IMG/VR virus record: IMGVR_UViG_3300035182_000695 | Coordinates: 90,755 to 146,216 of that record | DNA length: 55,462 bases | Reading direction: 5' to 3' (one strand) | Origin: a virus | Taxonomy: Duplodnaviria; Heunggongvirae; Uroviricota; Caudoviricetes | Shown here: piece by piece, positions 16,431 to 25,463 of the stretch | Numbering within the stretch: position 1 is the stretch's first letter | Layout of the letters: each line of letters starts with the position of its first letter | Program-made: the position numbers and the translations under genes | Notes under the pieces: generated by a model | The model's database searches: none | The model's input: the letters and a program-made list of their open reading frames with translations, nothing else | Told to the model about the DNA's origin: nothing

Positions 16431-17789
16431 TTATTCTTTTGTTTCTAAAGGCTCGTCTAATAAACTTTTTTCGTATTCACTCATTTCATCAGAGCCAGTT
16501 GTAGATTCTTCTTTTGTTTCAACTACCGGTTCTTCAACTTTAGCTTTTTCTACTGGAGCCGCATTTTGATTTGACTGACTTGTTTCTTGCCTTGTCGTTC
16601 TATCAGGCTCTCTGTTATCCATTGCTTGCTCACGAGTACGAGTTTGTTTTGCATTTTCATAGAACTCATTGTCGGCTTGCTTCATCGCTCTTAATTGGTC
16701 TAATAAACTATTTGTTTGTGATTTCAAAGCAATTAAATTCAATACTTGACCTCCAAATATTTTTAATCCGACCATCATTAATTCTTGACTTGGAGTAGGC
16801 GCAACACCTTTCTCTAAAAGAACGTCAGCTAATGCGTCAATTAAATCTTCTTTTTCAGATTGGTCAATTTTAGATAACTGCTCAGCTTTAAAACATTGTT
16901 GTTGAAAAAATGTTTTAACCGTTGCTTCTTGCCCGTCTTCTAAAGTAACTAATAATTGTAAATCGATTTCATCTTTTACTTCGTACTCAACTAATTTAGC
17001 TTCATTGATGTCTTTATTTGCATACCAAACAAATCCTTTCTCAGATAGCATACAAACAGTTTCCACGATGTATTTCGCAAACTTCTTAGTGCTTTTTCTT
17101 TTCTTAGCGCCAGTCATGTCATCAAAGTTCGGATTCAACGGTTGTTGACGTGCTTCTGATGAAGTAGAAGATTTGCCTTGTTGATTTTGAGAACCTTGAT
17201 TTAATTGTTTTTGTTTTCCGTCGCCTGAATTATCATCGTCATCACTAGGAATTGTAAAAGCTTCTCCAAAAGAAACAGGCTCATCAAAAGTAGTTCTCTC
17301 CGGACCACTTTTTAATGTCTCACGCTGAGAAGATTGGTCTGTATCTAATACATAACTTCTTACTTTTGGCTCTTCCCTGTTTAAAGGGTCTGTCATTTTT
17401 CGAGCTGTTTTACTTTCTTGAAATTCGGGGTCTTCTTGTATTTTAGCAGAGTTGCTATTGTCATCAGATTTTTTATCGTTCGGATTATCCGAGCCTTCTT
17501 CCTCTTCGTACTCTTCCTCTTCTTCCTCGTCTCCTAAATCAGAGTCATCGTTAACATCATCTTTACGTCCGCCTGAATTATCATTTGTTACTTCCTCAAA
17601 AGCAACGTCTTCAACACAATAAGTTTCGTGTAGTTTTTTCAACTCATCAAAATTTGTAGCTGGCTGAAATCTATTTTCTATTGAAGGGTCGTTCAACATT
17701 TTTTCGTTCATAACTGCCCGAATCTTATCTACCATTTTTCTTTCTTTGTAGTTTAGATTCCCTTTTTTAAGATAAATTTTAATTGCCAT
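16431..17789 (-). CDS. Large acidic protein upstream of the ATPase (candidate scaffold or packaging accessory)
   Basis: 452 aa, long acidic disordered tracts around a helical core; function inferred only from position. Confidence 0.55.
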   Translation of the reverse strand: MAIKIYLKKGNLNYKERKMVDKIRAVMNEKMLNDPSIENRFQPATNFDELKKLHETYCVEDVAFEEVTNDNSGGRKDDVNDDSDLGDEEEEEEYEEEEGSDNPNDKKSDDNSNSAKIQEDPEFQESKTARKMTDPLNREEPKVRSYVLDTDQSSQRETLKSGPERTTFDEPVSFGEAFTIPSDDDDNSGDGKQKQLNQGSQNQQGKSSTSSEARQQPLNPNFDDMTGAKKRKSTKKFAKYIVETVCMLSEKGFVWYANKDINEAKLVEYEVKDEIDLQLLVTLEDGQEATVKTFFQQQCFKAEQLSKIDQSEKEDLIDALADVLLEKGVAPTPSQELMMVGLKIFGGQVLNLIALKSQTNSLLDQLRAMKQADNEFYENAKQTRTREQAMDNREPDRTTRQETSQSNQNAAPVEKAKVEEPVVETKEESTTGSDEMSEYEKSLLDEPLETKE

Positions 17790-17790
17790 C

Positions 17791-18228
17791 CTATTTTATT
17801 TTTTTAATTATTACTTTTTCTATTTTATCAAACTTTTCTTTATACTCTCTGTCAAATTTAATTTCTTCGTTAAGCTCTCTGTGCTGCTTTATCGCTTTAG
17901 AAACAAACAACGTGTGAATTTTACCAAAAACATCAATAGATATTTTCCTTACAGGCATTTTTAAATTAAAATGAAGTAAACAAATTGTAATTCTTCTTGG
18001 TTCCTGTATAGCTTTACTTGTACTGTTTATCAATGAATTTTTAGTTATACTGTACTCTCTGCAAACTTCATCTACAATGTGTTGTGATTTTTTAAAGCAA
18101 TCGCTTTTTTTATTCATTGACTCGATAAGTGCTGCGTTCAAGTCTTTCACGCTATACAGTTTCAGATTTTTCTTTATGTTTTCAAGCATCTCGCTTAAAT
18201 CGTGATTATCTTCTCTGACTTTGCTCAT
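17791..18228 (-). CDS. DnaA C-terminal (domain IV)-like HTH DNA-binding protein
   Basis: IVDEVCREYSITKNSL...EPRRITICLL...KIS..VFGK.HT pattern. Confidence 0.55.
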   Translation of the reverse strand: MSKVREDNHDLSEMLENIKKNLKLYSVKDLNAALIESMNKKSDCFKKSQHIVDEVCREYSITKNSLINSTSKAIQEPRRITICLLHFNLKMPVRKISIDVFGKIHTLFVSKAIKQHRELNEEIKFDREYKEKFDKIEKVIIKKIK

Positions 18229-18256
18229 ACTTATTTTTGAAATATTTATCGACGGC

Positions 18257-18321
18257 TAAGTTAAACAAAAAACCCGTTTAACTTATGATTGTTAATTTCT
18301 TTTTAAAAAGATTTATATTTG
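18257..18321 (+). promoter_or_regulatory. Divergent control region: TAAGTTAAAC-N9-GTTTAACTTA inverted repeat plus -7 box TATATTTG
   Basis: Perfect 10 bp inverted repeat 18257-18285; TATATTTG at 18314-18321. Confidence 0.7.
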
Positions 18322-18359
18322 TAGGACGTCCTAACTCGACGTTATTAAAAAATAATTTT

Positions 18360-18650
18360 ATGAATACAAACGATAACTTCAATAAGAATGATAAACAAAT
18401 ACACTTCAATCAAGTGAAAGGCGTGATATTTGAAATAAACAACGATACTGAATTTTGTAGCTTAACTCTTGAACTAGGTCACGAGAATACACGTTATGCA
18501 AATTTAGTTTGCAAGAAAGGACAATTCAATCCGATGATGGAAGGATTTAAAATCGGCGATAAAGTTTCTGTTCGATATTATATTACTAGCAGAAAAAAAT
18601 TAGATAGATGGTACACCGCAGCTAATATGCTATCTGTACACAAAGATTAA
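18360..18650 (+). CDS. OB-fold-like putative ssDNA-binding protein (DUF3127-like)
   Basis: FKIGDKVSVRYYITSRK...WYT pattern; start moved to MNTND because the promoter lies inside the longer track ORF. Confidence 0.5.
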   Translation: MNTNDNFNKNDKQIHFNQVKGVIFEINNDTEFCSLTLELGHENTRYANLVCKKGQFNPMMEGFKIGDKVSVRYYITSRKKLDRWYTAANMLSVHKD

Positions 18651-18668
18651 TCATTTAAAAAACGCACA

Positions 18669-19175
18669 ATGGCAAAGAAAATATACGGCTTCGTTAAAAA
18701 CGAAATCAATCAACCAGTTGAGTTTGCAGTAGTTTACACGTCTGACAAAAACGGAAAGCCTGTTGGCGGTAAAAGCACTCAATCTGATGAGAAAGGAAGA
18801 TTTTCTATTGATGCGATAAATGATAGTGATTTTCTAACTGCAAGTATGACTGGCTTAAAACCTTCAACAGTTAAAGCGTCTAGTGCAATAAATGTACCGT
18901 CAACTATTGGAGTAATGCCTACTGTTTTGATTAAAATGAATCCGTCAGAGTTTGCGAGCTTGCCAGAAGTAAAAGTTACGCCAAAAGAAACCACTTCTAA
19001 TCCTACTAAACCTAAACAAGTAGCTTTCGCTAAGCCTAACGAACAACAAGCGAAAGAAGAGCCTAAAAAAGAAATGAATAAGTATTTAAAATATTCATTA
19101 ATTGGTGGCGGCATATTGTTAGCGATAATTATTACTGTTGCTGTTGCTAAGAAAATCAAAGAAAAAAATAAATAA
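18669..19175 (+). CDS. Carboxypeptidase-regulatory-like (SusC N-terminal-type) domain with C-terminal TM
   Basis: PVEFAVV...TQSDEKGRFSI...LTASMTG...LPEVKVT followed by the TM LIGGGILLAIIITVAVA. Confidence 0.65.
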   Translation: MAKKIYGFVKNEINQPVEFAVVYTSDKNGKPVGGKSTQSDEKGRFSIDAINDSDFLTASMTGLKPSTVKASSAINVPSTIGVMPTVLIKMNPSEFASLPEVKVTPKETTSNPTKPKQVAFAKPNEQQAKEEPKKEMNKYLKYSLIGGGILLAIIITVAVAKKIKEKNK

Positions 19176-19275
19176 AAAAAGCGTGGTTTTTTTCACAACC
19201 AGTTGAGATTGCTACTTTAACCACACTTTGAAAACAGAATGTAAACTTTACAAAACATTCTTATTTTAAATTAAT

Positions 19276-19536
19276 CTACTCTCCCTCTTTTACGAAATCG
19301 TAGTAATCATCGCCTTCCGAATTTTCTTCGATATATTCAATTAATTTTCTTGTTTGCTTTTGACTAAGCTGAACATCTACTCCATTCTTTTTTATAGATA
19401 GTATTTCTATGCCGCTTTCTTCATCAAACTCAATTATACTGCTCTCTGTTGAGCGATATTTTGGTTTGTGATATTCTACATCAACTGTGTCGTCAACGCC
19501 TCTTAATCGTTCGTAGGTAAATTCTATTGTTCTCAA
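19276..19536 (-). CDS. Hypothetical protein
   Basis: 86 aa ORF. Confidence 0.55.
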   Translation of the reverse strand: MRTIEFTYERLRGVDDTVDVEYHKPKYRSTESSIIEFDEESGIEILSIKKNGVDVQLSQKQTRKLIEYIEENSEGDDYYDFVKEGE

Positions 19537-19540
19537 TTTT

Positions 19541-19978
19541 TTATACTTTTATAGGTCTCTCGAATTGTTTTATTTTTTCCAATTCGATAAATATTTGTTT
19601 TTCAAATCCTCCGTTATTCTTAAAATGCAAAAAGGACCCATTCGTGAGAATGAAGTCCTTTGGTATTAAATACTCACACACGTCGTCTGATAAGCGTATA
19701 TTAGTGAATAGTTTTGCATCTGACAATAGTTTAAAATTAAATCCATAACTTTTGTTTGCTCGAAATAAATGTTTTGCTCTATTTCTTTTTACTTCAAAAA
19801 CTTTTTGTTCTAAGTTAACTATCCCTATTCTTCGTTTCTTTGTTTCAGCAATCAATTTAAGAGATAATAAAAGTCTTTTTCCGTTATTACTTATCGTTAA
19901 TAGATTACCTACTTCATCTGAAATTGTTTTGAATATCTCAGGTTGTTTAGCTTTTTTTACCGTTGCTTTCTTTGCCAT
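19541..19978 (-). CDS. Hypothetical protein
   Basis: 145 aa ORF with a promoter directly upstream. Confidence 0.65.
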   Translation of the reverse strand: MAKKATVKKAKQPEIFKTISDEVGNLLTISNNGKRLLLSLKLIAETKKRRIGIVNLEQKVFEVKRNRAKHLFRANKSYGFNFKLLSDAKLFTNIRLSDDVCEYLIPKDFILTNGSFLHFKNNGGFEKQIFIELEKIKQFERPIKV

Positions 19979-19992
19979 TCTTATTTAATTTG

Positions 19993-20014
19993 ATGTTACA
20001 CAAATATATAACAA
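19993..20014 (-). promoter_or_regulatory. -7 box TATATTTG (20008-20001) inside a degenerate operator-like palindrome
   Basis: ATGTTACA-CAAATA-TATAACAA, 17/22 identical to 45196-45217. Confidence 0.55.
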
Positions 20015-20072
20015 GCGATGGTTAAATTAAAGCTACTGTTAATAAAGTTTTCAACAAAGCTATGTTTAAAAA

Positions 20073-20273
20073 TTATTCTTTATGTTCGCCGTGCGATTCT
20101 TGCTCTTTTTTCTTTTTATCCTGAGCCGGCTTAATCACGAACACATATACTAATCCTACCGCAACGGCAAGACCTAATATAACTACAATTGGACTGATTC
20201 CTCCTGATGCTGATTGACTGCTAGAGCTTCCTGTTGAAGGAGCTGCGCTTGCTGTATTGAATTTTGTTACCAT
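20073..20273 (-). CDS. Small single-TM membrane protein
   Basis: IVVILGLAVAVGLVYVFVIKP. Confidence 0.65.
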   Translation of the reverse strand: MVTKFNTASAAPSTGSSSSQSASGGISPIVVILGLAVAVGLVYVFVIKPAQDKKKKEQESHGEHKE

Positions 20274-20274
20274 T

Positions 20275-20775
20275 TTACTTTGTTTTAATTGTGAATGTTT
20301 CTGCTTCTGTTTCTCTTACTTCGTAGTATGTTGTATCAACACCATTTTCCCCACCGTCTTCGTAGTTTTGGAAAATTATCGAATAAGCCGTTGGCGCTTT
20401 TTCTTTAAGCTCGGCGGCTTTCAATTCTTTAATTCCTTTTTCAACTAAAGCTTTTAACTCTTCATCAATAGCTACTCCTTTTGGGTCAACAGCATCTTGC
20501 TCGATGTCTTTTTTAATCTCCTCTTCTGTGTGAGGAGCTTTTTCAGTTTGTTTGCTATCTTTGTTTTCTAAGAAATCTAAAATCTCTCTAGTAACCCATT
20601 TGTCGTTTGCTGCGATTTTTTTATGAACCTCAGGTCGTATTTTTTTACCTTTAGATTCAGTCAAAGCAATGACTCTGTTCATTTTAGCAATCGTTTCTAT
20701 ACCGATTCTTGCATCCTCAGGAAGCGCAGATAGCTCTAAGCCTTCTTGTTCCATTAATTTTTCGTAATTGTACAT
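20275..20775 (-). CDS. Hypothetical protein
   Basis: 166 aa ORF downstream of a promoter box. Confidence 0.65.
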   Translation of the reverse strand: MYNYEKLMEQEGLELSALPEDARIGIETIAKMNRVIALTESKGKKIRPEVHKKIAANDKWVTREILDFLENKDSKQTEKAPHTEEEIKKDIEQDAVDPKGVAIDEELKALVEKGIKELKAAELKEKAPTAYSIIFQNYEDGGENGVDTTYYEVRETEAETFTIKTK

Positions 20776-20809
20776 ATTGATTTATTTTTTTGGTTGGTTT
20801 TTACTTTTA

Positions 20810-20817
20810 CAAATATA
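20810..20817 (-). promoter_or_regulatory. Bacteroidota -7 promoter box TATATTTG
   Basis: caaatata on the plus strand, 35 nt upstream of the 20775 start. Confidence 0.55.
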
Positions 20818-20821
20818 CTTA

Positions 20822-23170
20822 TTATTTCAACTTAGCCAATAAAGACGTTGCGATTTGTTTCCCGTTATCGTTAAACATATCTAAAGACTTCTCTACTGTG
20901 CTTTTAAGAACGTCTTTATTTCCGTATTTCAGATTACTCGCTTCAATCCAAGGTCCTGCCTTGATTACTTTATTGAACACAGAGCAAGCTAATTCAGTTT
21001 CTTCTTGATTCAATGATGAAGTCCAGTCAGAAGCGTCGCTGTTGCTTGACGTTGTGTGTCTCTTAACAAATTCAATAACTTGGTCGTTTACTTTTTTATG
21101 GTCAGGACTATTGTATGATTCGCTTTCTCTGTTTAATGTTTTAATAAACTCCTCTGCGTTAGTTCTAGTTAAAAGAACTCTATTTATAAATTCCCTAAAC
21201 TCATCTTCTCCTCCCGAATTTTCCATTTGCTCTTCAAACTCATCAGACGCACGTTTAACAACAAGCTCTCCGTTAACACTATTATAGCACATTTCGCCGT
21301 CTTTAGTTATCCAAAAATACCAATTACCAGCGTACCCTAAGTCTTCAAAGTAACCGCCTTCTGGCAATGTCATCTCACTAGATTCAACTGACTCTTCAAC
21401 TTCATTACACTCACAATGAAATACAACTTTCTTGATTGAATCATAAGGCACTTCCGGTATTTCGCTTGTATTCAAACGCTCGTTTACAGCTAGTGCTTTT
21501 AAAGTAACAACCATCTCAGCTTCGCCTTCAAAAATAAGTTTAGAGAATATTTTTTGTTCGCTAAAAACTTGCTGCTCATCTTTATTTTCTTTGAACGAAA
21601 CTATGTAAGCGAAATGCACTCCGTATATTGTTGCGCCGTTCTCATACTCCTCTCCTTTCAAGTCTTTTTTGAAATCGGAAATTCTCTCGTCAAATTGCTC
21701 TTCTGAATAATGAAAATTACCTTCGTCATCAATTACATTGAATTTAATTGCTTTCCCGTTTAGTATAGGATATGTAAAAATTCTTGGAGCTATGTAACTA
21801 TTAAGATGCTGTGGATTAAATTTCGCAACATATTTTTTCTCTAAATCTTTATACTCATTTATTTTTAACTGTATAGCATTTGCGTTAATTGTTGCCCCTT
21901 CTCCAAATGATGAAGTGCTGTGAATTACAGTATCATCGCCTTTAGCTAGTATTACTACTGTTACATCGTAAGATTTTTTAGCTTTAAAAAATACGGCCGC
22001 TTTTACTTGTGCGCTATAAGAACTGTCTGCTCTTAAATCAATTTCTTTTCCTTTATAAAATGCTTTATAAACATTTTTTCCTTCTCCTTGAATAGTCGCT
22101 CCGTGTTCGTATTTCATATTGTATGCGCCGTCAACAATCTCGTAACCTTTCGGCATTCTCCAACCTGCATCAACTTGAACGCCACGCTTGCCTTTAGAAT
22201 AAACTTTATTTTTGTCATTGCCTTTAACTACTTTGTATCCGTGAGGCATTCTATATCCTCTGATTATACGAACTCGCTTATGTGCGTTTCCACCTTTGGC
22301 ATAAGTGTCTTCTTTAATCGATATAGTTACAGTTTTTTCATTTTTTCTACTAAACTTATATCCGTCAATTGAATTTCTGTATTTTTTCTCAAAATCATCC
22401 GCAATTTTTCTTGACATAAAATTTAAGTTAATTACATTTACGCCATTACTATCGAATGTGTTTTCAATGTTTGAAAAACGAAATGAACCAAAATTACCAT
22501 GCTCTTCTTTGAACGAAAATTTAATTTTTGCTTTTGAGAAAAAATCATCAGTAGCTCCCATATTAAAAGAATGTACACCTCCACCTTTAGCATATTCATC
22601 CCAATTTGTAGAATTTTCTAACCAGTCTTCGTATGATTTAGAATTAACGAACTCTAACCAAGAATCAGAAATGTGTTCACTAGCAGCATCAGTAACATCT
22701 AAATCGTGTATGAATGCGTCTTTTTGTGATTGCGATAATTGACTCCAAATTCTAGTTGCTTCGCTATGGTCATCAGGAAAGTTTGCGTAAAGCTCTTCAA
22801 AGTCATCTTGTGAACCCCAACTAGAATCAATAACTCCGCCTTTAGCGAGCTTTACAGTTTCTTTAGCTTGAGCATTTTTGAAAAACAATGGCCATAATTT
22901 TTTAGATAACTTACTTCTCTCTTCGCTAAGTTTGTCAGATAAATATTCTTCTGCTCTGTGCTGTTCAAAAATTTCAATAGCTTTCGCAACGTCTTCTTTA
23001 GAGCCTACTGTTGAAGCATACAATACAACTAACTCAGAATTATAATTATCGTCTTCGTACTCTTCGTAAAGCTCCCAAGTTTTATTTTCTTTTATAGCTT
23101 GTTTTATTTCTGCTAAAACTCGCTTCGAGTGAGAATCTGTTTTTTTAGATGTTCTTTTTTTATTAGGCAT
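20822..23170 (-). CDS. Large multi-module (polyvalent) protein with [YF]xxG[GA] junction motifs
   Basis: LAKGG, YAKGG x2, YEHGA, FGEGA and YENGA separate small modules. Confidence 0.65.
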   Translation of the reverse strand: MPNKKRTSKKTDSHSKRVLAEIKQAIKENKTWELYEEYEDDNYNSELVVLYASTVGSKEDVAKAIEIFEQHRAEEYLSDKLSEERSKLSKKLWPLFFKNAQAKETVKLAKGGVIDSSWGSQDDFEELYANFPDDHSEATRIWSQLSQSQKDAFIHDLDVTDAASEHISDSWLEFVNSKSYEDWLENSTNWDEYAKGGGVHSFNMGATDDFFSKAKIKFSFKEEHGNFGSFRFSNIENTFDSNGVNVINLNFMSRKIADDFEKKYRNSIDGYKFSRKNEKTVTISIKEDTYAKGGNAHKRVRIIRGYRMPHGYKVVKGNDKNKVYSKGKRGVQVDAGWRMPKGYEIVDGAYNMKYEHGATIQGEGKNVYKAFYKGKEIDLRADSSYSAQVKAAVFFKAKKSYDVTVVILAKGDDTVIHSTSSFGEGATINANAIQLKINEYKDLEKKYVAKFNPQHLNSYIAPRIFTYPILNGKAIKFNVIDDEGNFHYSEEQFDERISDFKKDLKGEEYENGATIYGVHFAYIVSFKENKDEQQVFSEQKIFSKLIFEGEAEMVVTLKALAVNERLNTSEIPEVPYDSIKKVVFHCECNEVEESVESSEMTLPEGGYFEDLGYAGNWYFWITKDGEMCYNSVNGELVVKRASDEFEEQMENSGGEDEFREFINRVLLTRTNAEEFIKTLNRESESYNSPDHKKVNDQVIEFVKRHTTSSNSDASDWTSSLNQEETELACSVFNKVIKAGPWIEASNLKYGNKDVLKSTVEKSLDMFNDNGKQIATSLLAKLK

Positions 23171-23189
23171 TGTCTTGTTTTTTAAATTA

Positions 23190-24782
23190 TTATACCGCTG
23201 TTAATTCTTGTGCAATAGTTCTCATTTCGTCTGGATGACTCTGACCTGCTGCGTAAGTAGCTCTGTCTCCATCGAATGAAAATCTTTTTGCAAACCAAGC
23301 GTTTTTATATTTTTGTAACCCGTAATTGATAACAGATTTTAAACTTCTTAATTTTTTCTCACTACGAAGTCCTTTAGATAGCATTGCATACATTGAATCT
23401 CTTTGCTCTTTAGTCAATTCATCTTTTTCTAAAAGTGCGTGTAATGTTCTTTCGTTTATCGGTGTATGTGATTTTTTCTTAATAGCTTCGATAGCGTTAT
23501 TTGCTTTTTGCCAAGGCGCTGTTCCTTTTTCAAAAACATCTCTTTCTTTTTCTAAAGATTCAATTGTAGCTCCTTTAGCGTATTTTTGAATGTACGCAGC
23601 TTCTACTGTTTCGTAACCGTGAGGCAATCTCCAACCAGCATCAACTTTAACTTTCGGTTTTCCTTTCGAGTAGTTTTTATTTTTGTCATCTCCCTTAATC
23701 GCTTTATATCCTTTCGGTAAACGATGTCCTTTAGTTACAGAGACGTGTTTTTGCCCTTGAACATTGGCGCCACGCTTGTACTCTTCTGGCTCTTCATAAT
23801 CATTTATATCAAGACCTATTTGTTCGTAAGCCCACGCTTTGTTTTCGTGAGTAGTTGATGTACCCATAATGTCATCAGCTCCGAAATAAGTAAATATTTC
23901 GCCTAACTTATTAACGAAAGATTTTTTCAACCACTCTTCTTTTGAGCAACCACAAGAATCTAAAAATCCTTTGATGTCTTCTTCTTTAGCCCATTCTTCT
24001 CCGTTAATTAGTTTATCCAAAGATGATTCAAGAACGTAACCATAATTATAAGATTGCTCTCCAACTTTACTAATTACAAAGTGTTCGCCTTCTTCTGTAC
24101 AGTTTTCGTTTACAGTTGCAACAAATCCATACTCTTCAAGCGATGTCATTAGATTTACATCAGTACCCTCCCAATCGCTTTCTATTGTAGCTCCTTTAGC
24201 ATATTGCTCATAGTGATAGGCTTGTAAATATAAATCGAATAAAGAACTAGCTTGGCTCACTTTGCCGCCGCTTCCTGCGTTTCCGCCATAAGTAAATCTA
24301 AATAAGTTTTTAAAGCGATTGCTTTTTATGGCATCACACATTTCAACTAAATACTCTTTAATGAATTTATTTGATATTGTGTTTACTAATGCACAAAACT
24401 TTTCAAAGTTTGCTTTTGAAGCTTCTTTGTGTGCGATTTTTTCCATTTCAACAAATGGTTTTTCGTCAACAACTTCAACACTATTTTCAATTATTCTATC
24501 TAAAATTCCATCACGAATTAAATCGAAATCTTTTTGAGTATTCTTAGGCTCTTGCTTAGCTGTTTTCACAACGGCTCCTTTAGCATACTTTCCTGTTGCT
24601 ATATGTTTTTCAATTGCCGATTTTATATCGCTAGACAATTCATCAAAATCTTTACTTATTGCGCTTGCAATAGCAGATGTTTTTACTTCTGACTTATGGT
24701 CATTTAAAAAATGATTTTTTTGTCTGATTGTCCAAGAATCCCAAATTTCAGATGCCGAACCAGTGTATTTTTCTGTACTCAT
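23190..24782 (-). CDS. Multi-module (polyvalent) protein with [YF]xxG[GA] junction motifs
   Basis: YAKGA x3 and YKRGA; shares the GxRxPxGY module with 20822..23170. Confidence 0.65.
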   Translation of the reverse strand: MSTEKYTGSASEIWDSWTIRQKNHFLNDHKSEVKTSAIASAISKDFDELSSDIKSAIEKHIATGKYAKGAVVKTAKQEPKNTQKDFDLIRDGILDRIIENSVEVVDEKPFVEMEKIAHKEASKANFEKFCALVNTISNKFIKEYLVEMCDAIKSNRFKNLFRFTYGGNAGSGGKVSQASSLFDLYLQAYHYEQYAKGATIESDWEGTDVNLMTSLEEYGFVATVNENCTEEGEHFVISKVGEQSYNYGYVLESSLDKLINGEEWAKEEDIKGFLDSCGCSKEEWLKKSFVNKLGEIFTYFGADDIMGTSTTHENKAWAYEQIGLDINDYEEPEEYKRGANVQGQKHVSVTKGHRLPKGYKAIKGDDKNKNYSKGKPKVKVDAGWRLPHGYETVEAAYIQKYAKGATIESLEKERDVFEKGTAPWQKANNAIEAIKKKSHTPINERTLHALLEKDELTKEQRDSMYAMLSKGLRSEKKLRSLKSVINYGLQKYKNAWFAKRFSFDGDRATYAAGQSHPDEMRTIAQELTAV

Positions 24783-24812
24783 TTTATTTAATTTTAGTTG
24801 TTTATTTTTAAT

Positions 24813-25448
24813 TTACGATAACATAATCTCAGCCATATCAAAAGTGTCCTGCCACTCTTGTCTTTCTTCACTAGACAAGTCATCTGAATCTAGCATAATA
24901 GTTGCCATATCCAATTGGTCTTGCCACTCTTGTCTTTCTTGCTCAGGCGTAGCGTCTTCTACTTTGAATTTATTTGTTACTGCATCAATAACAAATTTAG
25001 GAACTTCATTTTTTAATCCGCCTAACTTAATAGCATTTTCCCATAAAATATCCGCAAGCTCATTGAACTTTTTTGTAGCATTTTCGTCTTTATGAGCGTC
25101 TGAAAAATTGTACCCTATGTACATATCAACCCACTCGAATAAAGTTGTTCCTGCGATTGTTTTCTTGTCTGCGTACAATTCTAAATAGCGTCTAACAATC
25201 CACCATTCTCTTAACTGAGCATCTACAATTATGTCTTTACATAATGCTTTAAATATTGATAAAACTAATCTATCATCTGATAGAGTTACTTTATCTTCTG
25301 CTCCGTTTTCTTTAATGAATTCGTTTAGCTTATTCATTTTAACAAGCCAAGGCTCGCCAAAATACTTTGATGTTATGTTAGGTTGTATCGCATCAACAAT
25401 TTGTGAAAATTTGAAGTCTGCTGAGTTTATTACAATTGCGTTGTTCAT
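24813..25448 (-). CDS. Hypothetical protein with duplicated C-terminal EWQ..(L/F)DMA.IML motif
   Basis: ERQEWQDQLDMATIMLDSDDLSSEERQEWQDTFDMAEIMLS. Confidence 0.65.
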   Translation of the reverse strand: MNNAIVINSADFKFSQIVDAIQPNITSKYFGEPWLVKMNKLNEFIKENGAEDKVTLSDDRLVLSIFKALCKDIIVDAQLREWWIVRRYLELYADKKTIAGTTLFEWVDMYIGYNFSDAHKDENATKKFNELADILWENAIKLGGLKNEVPKFVIDAVTNKFKVEDATPEQERQEWQDQLDMATIMLDSDDLSSEERQEWQDTFDMAEIMLS

Positions 25449-25463
25449 CGTTTTTATATTTTG

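Noticed and set aside
18779-19159. Minus-strand ORF overlapping the plus-strand island
   Set aside because: Antisense to the recognisable domain-plus-TM gene, which has its own promoter
19180-19235. Imperfect hairpin AAGCGTGGTT...AACCACACTT between convergent genes
   Set aside because: Long irregular loop and a mismatch; it may be a terminator but is too weak to call
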